Part shown: piece by piece, positions 21,201 through 30,392 of the stretch | How positions within the stretch are numbered: the stretch's first letter is position 1 | Layout of the letters: every line of letters begins with the position of its first letter | NCBI GenBank assembly: GCA_019058315.1 | Contig: JAHPZH010000001.1 | Location: forward strand, 1,041,432-1,105,431 | Length of the DNA: 64,000 nucleotides | Source of the DNA: Candidatus Helarchaeota archaeon | Lineage (GTDB): Archaea > Asgardarchaeota > Lokiarchaeia > Helarchaeales > RDOG01 | Direction of reading: 5' to 3' | Made by a program: the position numbers and the translations under genes | Notes under the pieces: model-generated | The model's input: the letters and a program-made list of their open reading frames with translations, nothing else | Database searches by the model: none | Told to the model about the DNA's origin: nothing

Positions 21201-22516
21201 GAACTACTACTACTGGTTGGATTCCAATATTTACAAATGCTCTTGTAAATTCTTGGGTAAATGATTTCTATATGGATGGCGGTGTTTGGAGTGGTTTAAG
21301 TGAAGGAAACCACACGGTTTATTTTAAATGCTGGGATGATGCAGGAAATATTAATGACGGTCCTGCCCCTTCGTGGCAATTTTATAAGGATATTACTCCT
21401 CCAAATTTTACATTTTATACGGTTTCGGGGGGATATTATAATTCGGAACCGTATATACAAATGTGGTTCAAAGATAACTTGAATTTGTCAGGTGCATATT
21501 ACCAAATTGATTCTTTTAATCCGCAAGGAAACGATATTACAAATTGGACTTTTATCCCATTTTCTCTAAACGCAAAGTCCATATTTGTCGGATTTCAACC
21601 GTCATTATTAGTTTTTAATTCATTAACTGATGGTAACCACACTTTCTATTTCAAGGTCTTTGATGATGCTGGCAATATAAATGATACTATAAATTATACA
21701 TGGGAATTTTATAAAGATACAGCAATCCAAGCACCTACTGGATTAACTGGTAAAATAATAAAAGGAACTAATAATAATACATTAAATATAGGTTGGACAA
21801 ATCCAACAGATTTATCTGGGATAGTTGGCGTATATTATAGATTAGGGGCACCACCAACTTCAAATACTAATGGAACCTATGTAACTGGCTTAAATATTAA
21901 TCATTTAAATATAACAGTATTTGGGGATGGACCTTTTACCATATATATATGGCTTAATGACTCAGTTGGGAATTGCAATTATACTATGTATACAAATATT
22001 ACACTTGTTCTAGAAAAAGCAAAACCTGATATTTCTACAATTATTGCAACAATTTTAAGTGGAACTTTTAATAATGGATTTGATCTTTTAAGGATATTAA
22101 TATTCGGAATTGTAGGTAGTGTAGCTGTTGCGATTACTTTAGGAGTATATAGGTATAAAAAAAGTTCAAGAGTTAAAAGTGTAAAAAAGAAGGCAAGAGC
22201 CAAAGCCCTAAAAGCTAAAGTTATTAAGGAATCTATTGAAAAACCTCTCCCAATTTTTACCGAAAAAACAACACTCGAAGAAAAAATACAAAAATTGCAA
22301 TCGGATGGAATTCCAATAGATTCAATTACCAAACAATATGATCCCGAATTAAATGCCTATTTTGAGAAAGATCTTGCAACATTATCTACTGAAGTCAAGG
22401 AAAGAATAATGAAATTAGATATTCCAATTGAAGAAAAAATCTCTATATTCGAAGAATTTAGGAGTTTACCCGAAAAATTACAAAACGAATTTCTTAAAGA
22501 GTTAGAAGAAGAGTAA
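18266..22516 (+). CDS. Large type I membrane-anchored surface glycoprotein: signal, 8 beta-propeller-like repeats, 6 Ig-like repeats + FN3-like unit, TM helix, cytoplasmic helical domain
   Basis: Start moved to ATG 18266 (GGTGA upstream); repeats CSDGxGGAIITWxDxR..DIYAQRI; about 109-aa repeats DTxxP..YFKAWDD..WQFYK; TM ILIFGIVGSVAVAITLGVY then RYKK; many N-x-S/T sequons. Confidence 0.9.
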   Translation: MKKNNFSSKSLILLVIFSLSFTLLYSNSSNNLSLWSFTQLINKINNFEDSNIFTNEDLKWVNNGTPICTEDYSQSGAKICSDGDGGVIIIWSDGRDSNTDIYAQRLNSSGIAQWTPNGTPICQFSGGQTQLQICSDGNGGAIITWTDYRDGANTDIYAQRIDSNGVVNWTINGIPICKEDDAQHQPEICSDGAGGAIIVWQDGRPGGANDDIYAQRINSNGIALWTPNGTLICDQINYQRNPEICSDGVGGAIFTWEDERNGGGIRDIYAQRIDSTGFVLWLANGISICTEINNQYYPEICSDDNGGAIITWEDHRITSSNRDIYAHKVDSMGNLLWTDNGTPICTTSNNQYSPKLCSDDDGGAIITWEDERVGTKDIYAQRINSSEAVMWTSNGANICTAINSQESPSISSDGAGGAIIAWTDWRNGTEMDIYAQQINSTGAVQWTMDGIPICTFNYNQMGSFVFSKAGEAFITWADRRTGTLYDDLYAQHVVFDEIPPSITVYSPPGNYYNSPPVMDVDFNDDYNLDDAYYKVDSFTPSGTNTTGWNTIFTNNDGNTNTTDFTMATSIWTSLTQGLHTVYFKAWDDVNNVNDGSSPSWQFYKDTQAPSITVNMLGGNTYTSAPVMDVDFLDAFSLDDGYYRVDSYNPQGTNPTDWTEIFTNLANDSYTSNFTMSSSVWNSLTQGSHTVYFKAWDDVNNVNDGSSPSWQFYKDTNAPDIIINTGSGNYYNSPPSMDVDFNDSISLDDGYYKVNSWVPSDFITTGWYEVFNNYGGSTYTIDFTMNGSLWNTLNEGSNTVYFKAWDDEGNINNGSSPSWQFYKDITDPYFSFITPSGNYYNYEIPSILVDLKDNLNLSWVYYQIDNDQPKDADLTNWTVIFIDLSSNDTVINFGVNNTIFNSLSEGSHNLYIKISDDAGNINDTNLEYFQFWKDTTPPTITVNSPQGNYYNSTPYMDMDFNDNYLLDDAYYKVDSWSPNGTTTTGWIPIFTNALVNSWVNDFYMDGGVWSGLSEGNHTVYFKCWDDAGNINDGPAPSWQFYKDITPPNFTFYTVSGGYYNSEPYIQMWFKDNLNLSGAYYQIDSFNPQGNDITNWTFIPFSLNAKSIFVGFQPSLLVFNSLTDGNHTFYFKVFDDAGNINDTINYTWEFYKDTAIQAPTGLTGKIIKGTNNNTLNIGWTNPTDLSGIVGVYYRLGAPPTSNTNGTYVTGLNINHLNITVFGDGPFTIYIWLNDSVGNCNYTMYTNITLVLEKAKPDISTIIATILSGTFNNGFDLLRILIFGIVGSVAVAITLGVYRYKKSSRVKSVKKKARAKALKAKVIKESIEKPLPIFTEKTTLEEKIQKLQSDGIPIDSITKQYDPELNAYFEKDLATLSTEVKERIMKLDIPIEEKISIFEEFRSLPEKLQNEFLKELEEE
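19981..20408. repeat. Near-identical ~100-bp direct repeat between adjacent Ig-like units (19981-20081 and 20308-20408)
   Basis: ttcattaactcaagga..gcttgggatgatgttaataatgtaaatgatggatcttctcc..aaagatac, 327 bp apart, a few T/C differences. Confidence 0.9.
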
Positions 22517-22524
22517 TTACTAAT

Positions 22525-24747
22525 TTACTCAAATATTTTTTTTACTAATTCGCTCGCGGATTTAAAAAGAGCTACATTACCAGACCAAGTTTTTAATTCT
22601 TTTTTAAATTTTGATTCAAATTCATTAATATATACATTCAATTTTTTTATTATACTATCAATTGGTTGTCCTTTTAGAATTAATGCCGCTCTTATATTTT
22701 CAGCATCATCTAAAGCAATTTCAAAATTTTTATAAGCCAATTTAGTCATACTGGTTTCTGTTTGAGATAGTTCAGAGCCAAAGGATTGAATTGCTGTTAA
22801 AAAACCGCCTAAAAGGTCAGGATCAATTTTTGATTCCGTAAAATTATATTCATGTAGAGTTAATCCTGAACTTTTATCAATAATCATTAAATATTGTATA
22901 ACAATTTTGGTATATCTCTTCTTTAATCCATCAAATACTGGATTTTTTTCATCAACAAGCGTGCATAATTGTTGAATTTGAGTTTCTTGTTCTGGAAAAG
23001 TCTGTTGGTATGTTTCTAAATTTTGGCAAGCAATACGATTAACCTCTGAAAACCATTTTAATAAATCAAATTCAAGGTTAATACGATTCTTTACTGACAG
23101 ATTATCTCCAGTTCTATAATTTTTATCAAGATCATTTATCCATTCTTGTAAAGTATCAATTATACTTAGACCTGGTAGGCTTCTATCTAGTTTAGTTTTA
23201 ATTTCTTTCATTAAAAGCAATATATCCCCTATGTTCCAATTCCCTTCATCACAATAATCGAATAAAGTGAAAAATCTTAAAATAATTTCAGTTGAATCAA
23301 GGATTTTTTGGCTAATTTTTTCAGTTTTTCCTGCCAATTTAGAAGCAGTTTCAAAAGCCATTTGTATTAAATTCTTCAGGTACGCTAGAAATCCCGTAGC
23401 TTGTTTTAAATCTTTCGTCCAAACGGTTAGAATTGCATCGTGATTTTTAATAGTAGATTCGATAATCATATTGTCAGCAGTCACTTTGGCAATTCCAGAA
23501 TATAAAGCGAGATACTGTTCTTTATCTACATTAATTTCGCTTAAATCTAGAGCGGAAATCTGATCTATAATTATATTAAATGCCAAATTATCATCAATTT
23601 TAAATGGAATTTTTGCAGAACCTTTTTGTAGTTGTGATTTTAGCAATTCAATTTGGGTCAATATTTTCGGCTGAACTAGGGGGCATTTTATTTGAATTTC
23701 TTTGGGTGTAACTGTTGCTGTGTGAGGATTTCCAAAGGGATCAATAAAAGATACTGATCCAAAGACTTTTGATTTTCCACAAGTTAAAGGTATTAAATCA
23801 AAATCTACGCCTCTAGATTCACCTGGTTTTAAAATATCGACGACTTTCACTCTATCAGGTATTTCGTATTGTGAGGTAGGAACAAGTGTGACATTAATAT
23901 CAGTAATAACTGTTTTAGAAACATTCTGGACTGCTATTTTAAAGCGAATTCCACCTCCCACATAGTCATATTCTCTTTTGACATTTAATAAATCTTCAAT
24001 TTCTCTTGTGGGAGAAGTTGGTTTTGTAATTGTTGTAGTTTTTATAGGTATTGGAGGCTTAACGGGAATTAAAGGTTCAATTTCTTCTTTTAGTTCAACT
24101 TTCAAATATTTTTGGATAGATTCTACTTTTTTTTCAACTATTTTATAGAAATTTTTCTCCTTTTTTATAATACCTGAAGAAATTAAGCGCTCTAAATGAT
24201 ATTTTATAACTTTAGGGTCTAAATCTACTATATCTTTTAATTTACCAAGGTCAAGGTCTGGTAGATTAAAAATTTTTTTAAATATTAAAAGTGAATTTTC
24301 GTTTTTCAAAGCCAAAAGTGGCTCTTCGGATCCTTTATTAAAATTTGATGGAAAAAATGTTCGATATTTTAGATATTTCTTGCGATAAATCATATTAAAA
24401 TTTTCTAAAACTTTTAAGTGCCAATTTGCCACTTTGGGATTTAAATTTAAATTTTCTCTTAATTCTCTTAAGTGGCTTCCTGGATTTTCATTAATATAAT
24501 TTAAAATATCTTCTCTTTTTTTGTTAGAAAGAACATTTGAAATAGTTAATTTCTTTTCAGGAAAAATTAACTTGTTTAAGATTAGATTATAAATTGCTTG
24601 GCTAATTTCAACATTTGAATAATTAAATTGACTCCTTGCAGCTGATTGAAGTTTTCTTATATTTAATCTTTTATTTTTATTGGCAAATTGATCAGCAATT
24701 TTTAATATATCTTTTTCAATTTTGCTTATTTTAGTTAATTTTTCCAA
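22525..24747 (-). CDS. Winged-HTH protein fused to a beta-sandwich/platform region and a C-terminal longin-like domain
   Basis: NPGSHLRELRENL..WHLKVLE and YHLERL (ArsR-like wHTH); REYDYVGG.IRFKIAVQN; C-terminal YLMIIDKSSGLTL..DPDLLGGFLTAIQSFG..WSGN.ALF. Confidence 0.75.
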   Translation of the reverse strand: MEKLTKISKIEKDILKIADQFANKNKRLNIRKLQSAARSQFNYSNVEISQAIYNLILNKLIFPEKKLTISNVLSNKKREDILNYINENPGSHLRELRENLNLNPKVANWHLKVLENFNMIYRKKYLKYRTFFPSNFNKGSEEPLLALKNENSLLIFKKIFNLPDLDLGKLKDIVDLDPKVIKYHLERLISSGIIKKEKNFYKIVEKKVESIQKYLKVELKEEIEPLIPVKPPIPIKTTTITKPTSPTREIEDLLNVKREYDYVGGGIRFKIAVQNVSKTVITDINVTLVPTSQYEIPDRVKVVDILKPGESRGVDFDLIPLTCGKSKVFGSVSFIDPFGNPHTATVTPKEIQIKCPLVQPKILTQIELLKSQLQKGSAKIPFKIDDNLAFNIIIDQISALDLSEINVDKEQYLALYSGIAKVTADNMIIESTIKNHDAILTVWTKDLKQATGFLAYLKNLIQMAFETASKLAGKTEKISQKILDSTEIILRFFTLFDYCDEGNWNIGDILLLMKEIKTKLDRSLPGLSIIDTLQEWINDLDKNYRTGDNLSVKNRINLEFDLLKWFSEVNRIACQNLETYQQTFPEQETQIQQLCTLVDEKNPVFDGLKKRYTKIVIQYLMIIDKSSGLTLHEYNFTESKIDPDLLGGFLTAIQSFGSELSQTETSMTKLAYKNFEIALDDAENIRAALILKGQPIDSIIKKLNVYINEFESKFKKELKTWSGNVALFKSASELVKKIFE

Positions 24748-24907
24748 ATTTTACCCCAAATTTTACATTAATATTATTGCTTTATTTTATAATTTATAAA
24801 ATATTCTTTGAGAAAATATTTTTTCAATATAAATTTTAAATTTTATATCTATCAATAGGCGTAATGTCTAATAAATTAAATATAAAATTACTAGAAGAGA
24901 TGAAAAT

Positions 24908-26110
24908 ATGCCAAGAAAGGTTGCCATTGTTGGAATTGGGATGTATCCTTTTAGAGTAAGGCATCCAAAAACAAGTTATTACAACATGGCTTATGAAACA
25001 ACTAAACAAACTTTAGAAGATGCAAAATTAACGATTGATCAAATTGATAGTGCGGTTTATGGCATATATAATGATTTTTTCGAACGACAATTTATGCCAG
25101 ATATCATTGTTCACGATCATATTGGTATGATACTAAAGCCCGGAACGCGTGTTACGACTGGTGGGGCAACTGGGGGATATGCAATTCGAACCGCCTATAT
25201 GGAAGTCGCAAGTGGTCTTTCGGATATTGTTCTATGTTTAGGTGTAGAGAAATCAAATGATTGCTGGGATCCTGAAACTGAACAAAGAACACCAGAATTA
25301 GTAAAAGCAATTTCTTATTCTGCAGACTGCACATGGGTTCGACCTTTAGGGAGTTTTCCCGCAGCTTCATACGTCCTCCCAGTACGAGCACATATTGAGA
25401 AATTTGGAAATCCCTCAGAAGAATCTATGGCTCGTGTTTCAGTAAAAAATCATGGAAATGCTATTGGAAATGTCAATGCTCAAAGCCCAATGAAAATAAC
25501 CATAGATGATGTATTGAAATCAAGATATATTTCAGAACCCTTTAAGAAATTAGACTGTTGTTTATATAGTGAAGGGGCGGCCGCTATGATTATAGCGAGC
25601 GAAGAAAAAGCTAAAGAAATTTGTAGAAATACTGGAAAAGATCCAATTTGGATAACTGGGATTGGAGCTGGAAACGACTCAAATTTTGGAGGGTTGCGTG
25701 AAAAATTATGGTCTTTAACTTCTAATGTCTATGCAAGCAAACAATGTTATAAAATGGCTGGAATTAAAAACCCTTTAAAAGAATTAGATGTTGCGGAACT
25801 ACATGATGCCTTTACAGGGCAAGAAATTTTAAGTTATGAAGACTGCGGATTTGCAAAACACGGTGAGGGGTATAAATTAATTGATGATGGTATAGTTGAA
25901 GAAGGGGGAGAACTTCCAGTCAACCTTTCTGGGGGTTTGATTGGCTGTGGGCATGCAGTTGGTGCAACTGGGATATTTCAAGGTGGAGAAATCATCAAAC
26001 AACTACGTGGAGAATCACATCGCCAAACGAAAGATCCTGAAAAGGGATTTCTACATTCAGTAGGGGGACCAGTAACAGCGTATTGTGTATGTATTGTTAT
26101 GGAGAGATAA
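24908..26110 (+). CDS. Thiolase family protein (SCP-x/non-canonical type)
   Basis: GVEK, VKNHGNA, AELHDAF, VNLSGGLIGCGHAVGATG. Confidence 0.9.
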   Translation: MPRKVAIVGIGMYPFRVRHPKTSYYNMAYETTKQTLEDAKLTIDQIDSAVYGIYNDFFERQFMPDIIVHDHIGMILKPGTRVTTGGATGGYAIRTAYMEVASGLSDIVLCLGVEKSNDCWDPETEQRTPELVKAISYSADCTWVRPLGSFPAASYVLPVRAHIEKFGNPSEESMARVSVKNHGNAIGNVNAQSPMKITIDDVLKSRYISEPFKKLDCCLYSEGAAAMIIASEEKAKEICRNTGKDPIWITGIGAGNDSNFGGLREKLWSLTSNVYASKQCYKMAGIKNPLKELDVAELHDAFTGQEILSYEDCGFAKHGEGYKLIDDGIVEEGGELPVNLSGGLIGCGHAVGATGIFQGGEIIKQLRGESHRQTKDPEKGFLHSVGGPVTAYCVCIVMER

Positions 26111-26113
26111 GAT

Positions 26114-26575
26114 ATGAGTGAAAAAAAAGACTTTTTAGAATATTATGATGAGATGATTATACATTATCAATATAGTGTTGGCGAAATTTCGAAATTCTTC
26201 CTTGAGGTAAAAAATAATGGCAAATTATTCGGAACACGTTGTACTAAATGCGGTTTTGGCTTTTTTCCACCGCGTATAAATTGTCATAAATGCTATGAAC
26301 CCTGTGAATGGGTCGAATTGAGTGGGAAAGGTGAAATTATTGCAGGTACTTTAGCACATTTTGGTGTGAGCAATTTTACTCAAGTTGTTCCTATAACAAT
26401 AGCTTTTATAAAGATGGACGAAATGGACATGGCAATCCGCCATACTGTTGTTATGGACTCCAAAGATCTTTCAATGGATAATCTAAAGAAAGGTACAAGA
26501 GTAAAAGTACAATTTAGACCTAAAAATGAAAGAGAGGGAAAAATTACAGACTTCTATTTTGTATTAGATAAGTGA
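26114..26575 (+). CDS. DUF35/ChsH2-type Zn-ribbon OB-fold protein
   Basis: CTKCG..PPRINCHKC; directly after the thiolase. Confidence 0.9.
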   Translation: MSEKKDFLEYYDEMIIHYQYSVGEISKFFLEVKNNGKLFGTRCTKCGFGFFPPRINCHKCYEPCEWVELSGKGEIIAGTLAHFGVSNFTQVVPITIAFIKMDEMDMAIRHTVVMDSKDLSMDNLKKGTRVKVQFRPKNEREGKITDFYFVLDK

Positions 26576-26615
26576 TTCTAAAATTATTTTAAGGAAATAT
26601 ATGAAGAATTCCACT

Positions 26616-27968
26616 TTATAATCGAAAATCTTGTCGTAATTTACCCCAAATCGCTACAAATATATTTCCTAATTGTTCGATCTGGAAAGGATCTTCTACT
26701 TTGAATCCATTTGGAACACCGAACCTATCATTTAATGCAAATACAAGCTCTTCCCGATCTCTATTTATACCCCAAATCGATTGTTCCTCAAAATTTCTAA
26801 TTGAAATATTTACTTTATTATAATTTGAAAATATATCTCGATGACTAGAGTCATTTGGTTTTATATTTGTAATAATCCGAAATTTCATTGTCGCTTTAAT
26901 ATCAGACAAATTTAAAATCTTAGGTAACATTTCGATACTTGGAAATATTAAAATAGCATTATGTTTGACCCTTTTTACTACCTGGCTTAATTTTTCAATA
27001 GCTTGATCTTGTCCTTTTAGTAAATTTGGCATATTATCAATTATTCCCCTTTCCGCTTTAGCAAGGGATTCTTCATAAGTATTCATTTTCATATTTCTTT
27101 CAAGAAGCTCTTCAGCCATTTTCTCAACTGTATTATCCATTTCTGTTATTTTCCCGTCTTTTGATTTTATCTCTTTTTCTAATTTTTCTTTAGTTACTTC
27201 CAATTCACTTATATAAGATCGATTTTTATTGAGCTCATCCCCTTGAATTCGTATTTTGTTCTTTAATTCCAATATTTCTTTTGTAGTCTCCTCTTGATAT
27301 TGTTCGAATTTCGATTTTTGCTCAACAATTTCATTGTTAAATTGGATTTTGTTCTGATTTAACGATTCATTAAATTGTGCTTCGTTTTCCTTAATTTCAT
27401 TTAGGAAATTGGTTTTAATTTCTCCAATTTGATTTTGTAATTCTTGAATACGATCATTAAAATTTGCAATTTCTGAATTTTTTTGTTCAATTTCCTCATT
27501 TTTTAATTGAACTTCCGTTTCTAATCTTGCCTTTATATTGCCAAATGTTGAGATTTTATTTTGTTGTTGACTAGATTTGGTTTGTAATTCGTTGTAATTA
27601 GTCTGTAATTTATTTGCTTTGTCTTCTAAACCTATTATTTTGGCATTTAAAGTTCCTATGTCTGCTCTTAACTTTAATTCATTATCTTCTAATTGTTTAA
27701 TTCGCGATTTATAATCTTCAATCTGACCTTTAAGTATTGTACTTTCACTAACTTTTTCTTCTGCGGTAACTTCAGCTTTTCTTCGTTTTTCTTCTGCGTC
27801 TTTCAGTTCTTTTTTTAATTGTTTGATCTCTTCTTTCTTTCGCTTTATCTCTCTACTTTTTTTATCTGACTCATCTTTTTCGTCTTTTTTATACTTTTGC
27901 TCAATCTCTTTTATTTTCCTTTTCAAATCTTCTATTTCTTGATCTTTTTTACGAAACACTTCATCCAA
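26616..27968 (-). CDS. Long coiled-coil protein with C-terminal TrmB-effector/PLD-like domain
   Basis: About 320-aa coiled coil, then IRNFEEQSIWGINRDREELVFA. Confidence 0.7.
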   Translation of the reverse strand: MDEVFRKKDQEIEDLKRKIKEIEQKYKKDEKDESDKKSREIKRKKEEIKQLKKELKDAEEKRRKAEVTAEEKVSESTILKGQIEDYKSRIKQLEDNELKLRADIGTLNAKIIGLEDKANKLQTNYNELQTKSSQQQNKISTFGNIKARLETEVQLKNEEIEQKNSEIANFNDRIQELQNQIGEIKTNFLNEIKENEAQFNESLNQNKIQFNNEIVEQKSKFEQYQEETTKEILELKNKIRIQGDELNKNRSYISELEVTKEKLEKEIKSKDGKITEMDNTVEKMAEELLERNMKMNTYEESLAKAERGIIDNMPNLLKGQDQAIEKLSQVVKRVKHNAILIFPSIEMLPKILNLSDIKATMKFRIITNIKPNDSSHRDIFSNYNKVNISIRNFEEQSIWGINRDREELVFALNDRFGVPNGFKVEDPFQIEQLGNIFVAIWGKLRQDFRL

Positions 27969-28075
27969 AGAAATCCCTCCCTTATTAGTGGGTAAATTTC
28001 TTTATTATTAATATCGAATAATATAAGATGTAAATTTGTATGTTTCTTTTATTATTTAACTTTAACTCATATTAA

Positions 28076-28450
28076 CTAACTACTAGCAGCTTTAACTGCT
28101 ATATCATGTACTTCAATCCAATATTTTCTTAAACCTAATCCTGCCCACCAAATACCACAGCCACTCAAAATTAATAGGGCATATACTACGATAAATAATG
28201 GAAGGTATATAATATTTATATTGATCATATCCGGGTAGGAGATGAATATTCCTGTTAGCAAGTTCGAGGATGCAAAAACTATTCCTATTTCTAAACAAAT
28301 AAGTCCTATCGTAGTACCTTTCCACGGTCTCCATCTATCTGAGAATTTTGTTAGCTGATATAATCTATATTGGTAGAAACAGAATATTCCACCACCAATG
28401 AATACTAAAATCATGAAAACAACAGCTATCCACATTAGAATTGCTGGCAT
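28076..28450 (-). CDS. 3-TM membrane protein
   Basis: Hydrophobic helices; TAATG overlap with the upstream gene. Confidence 0.75.
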   Translation of the reverse strand: MPAILMWIAVVFMILVFIGGGIFCFYQYRLYQLTKFSDRWRPWKGTTIGLICLEIGIVFASSNLLTGIFISYPDMININIIYLPLFIVVYALLILSGCGIWWAGLGLRKYWIEVHDIAVKAASS

Positions 28451-28869
28451 TAAGATTTTCCTCCTTTTGCACTTTCAATATTTCTAATGAATTCTCTAAT
28501 AGAGATAATGCTTTTTATCATTCCTATAATAGCTATACCAAAACCAATGAAAGTATTTATTATAAAAATAGGTTGTTCAAAGGGATTTCGTATAAAAATA
28601 TCCAGACTGAATCCCATACCAAAAAATGCCGGATTTGAGAGATAGACGTAACCAAAAAAGCAAAATACAAAAAGAACAAACCCAATTATAAATAAGGAAA
28701 GACCATATACTTGTGATCCCCAATGATCCCAAACTTTATCATCGGTTCTAAATGAATATATCTTTCTATGTTGTAAAATATTCTTTGTAATTAAAGATAA
28801 TAATACTACAAATATCAAAATTATTGCTCCAAGCATTAATACAGTAACTTGTTGAGTATCCATAATCAA
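28450..28869 (-). CDS. 3-TM membrane protein
   Basis: Hydrophobic helices, same layout as 28076-28450. Confidence 0.75.
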   Translation of the reverse strand: MIMDTQQVTVLMLGAIILIFVVLLSLITKNILQHRKIYSFRTDDKVWDHWGSQVYGLSLFIIGFVLFVFCFFGYVYLSNPAFFGMGFSLDIFIRNPFEQPIFIINTFIGFGIAIIGMIKSIISIREFIRNIESAKGGKS

Positions 28870-29014
28870 TCATCCACTCTAAGAAATTTCTGTGTATTTT
28901 TAAAATATTTAAAATATCTAAAATATTTTTAAAAAAGTTGTAATAATAAACTTAATTTTTTAAATTATTATTTAAATTTTTACAAATTATATTGTATCTC
29001 TATTTTATCCTAAT

Positions 29015-30310
29015 TTATTCATTTTGCTCTTTTGCTTTTTCCTCTAATTCCATTTTTTTCTTATCAGCTTGAATCTCATCCCAGATAGTAGAAGTATAGC
29101 CAAAATGTTGGGTTAGAAAATTTTCAATATCAAAAGTTTTTCCAACCTCTCTACCTGGTAATCCTTCTATTTGCTTTCCCTCTTCCACATCGGTAGCTAC
29201 GGCGGTATAAGGTAATATTTCTGCATTATCTTCGATTTTAACTCCAGGAACTATTCCGCTCCCTACATCTACTAACACATTCTTTCCAACGTAAATCTCC
29301 CCCAACTTAACTGGCGCATCCCCATAAGCTTGATGAGTTGCAAAAACAGTTTTACTCTTGATAACTGCACCATCATCAATTGTTATCTTCTCAGGATGTA
29401 ACGGGTCTATTGTCACATCATCTTTTATTATGACATTTTTCCCAATTTTTACGCCTGCCAGTCTCAATAAAATCTGTCTCATTCCCTGTGTCATTAAAGG
29501 GCTTTTTTGTAATTCAAGAAGAAGCATATTAAAGGGACTATAACGAGGTATATATTTTCTAAAATCACGCAGATTAGCATCAAGAGTTTCTAATGGTCGT
29601 TTATCCATAGCAAGTAATTGAAGAATATCTTCTGAAAAAGGATATCGGATAGAGTCAGGTATGCCAATACCTATATAATTCTCTTTTATATCATAAGAAA
29701 TAAATCCGGGTCCTACATATGCATTATCACCGATATTTACTCCTGGTAAGATTATAGCTCCTGGCAGCACTATAACATTTTTGCCTATATTTACCTCACC
29801 GACGTATAGTTCATGAGTGTCAAGTGAGAATTCATGACATAAAATAACAGCTCCTGTATTTATTACAGTATTATCACCAATCGAAATCTTTTTAGTAAAG
29901 AGAGTATCTATTAAATTGGCCGGGGAAATGAAGACATCTTTGCCAATTTTTGCTCCCAAATCTTTCAAGAAATTTCTTTTAAATTTAGGTGTTCCATATT
30001 TTAAAAGTGTTAGAAAATATTGGTTCCGCAAAGAAGAAATTAATCCACCAGTAATTCTTCTATATCTCTTTTTTTCTTCCTTTGTAGCTAATCTTATATT
30101 TCTTGCTCTCTCAGTTTTTCCTTCATAACTTTTTTTAGTATTTTTAATGAGTCTTTTTGTTAAATTTTCTTGATATTTGATAATCCGTTGTTTATTTCTT
30201 TCAGTTTCTGCTTCTTCTGGGAATAAAAATAAATTAGTTATTAATTGTTGAAATTCTTTCAAATAAGGAAACATTTCTACTATTGGCTTCATCCTTTTCG
30301 GGATTCGCAT
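29015..30310 (-). CDS. Double hexapeptide-repeat (left-handed beta-helix) acyltransferase
   Basis: Two units GAKIGKDVFI..LCHE..IGKNV..ILPGVNIG and GVKIGKNVII..ATHQ..IVPGVKIED. Confidence 0.85.
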   Translation of the reverse strand: MRIPKRMKPIVEMFPYLKEFQQLITNLFLFPEEAETERNKQRIIKYQENLTKRLIKNTKKSYEGKTERARNIRLATKEEKKRYRRITGGLISSLRNQYFLTLLKYGTPKFKRNFLKDLGAKIGKDVFISPANLIDTLFTKKISIGDNTVINTGAVILCHEFSLDTHELYVGEVNIGKNVIVLPGAIILPGVNIGDNAYVGPGFISYDIKENYIGIGIPDSIRYPFSEDILQLLAMDKRPLETLDANLRDFRKYIPRYSPFNMLLLELQKSPLMTQGMRQILLRLAGVKIGKNVIIKDDVTIDPLHPEKITIDDGAVIKSKTVFATHQAYGDAPVKLGEIYVGKNVLVDVGSGIVPGVKIEDNAEILPYTAVATDVEEGKQIEGLPGREVGKTFDIENFLTQHFGYTSTIWDEIQADKKKMELEEKAKEQNE

Positions 30311-30392
30311 TAATCATCCTTTCCAAATATGTTTTTAATAAGAAAAAAATGTCTATAGTAATTAATTTGTTTGTATTCCTAATACTTAAACA

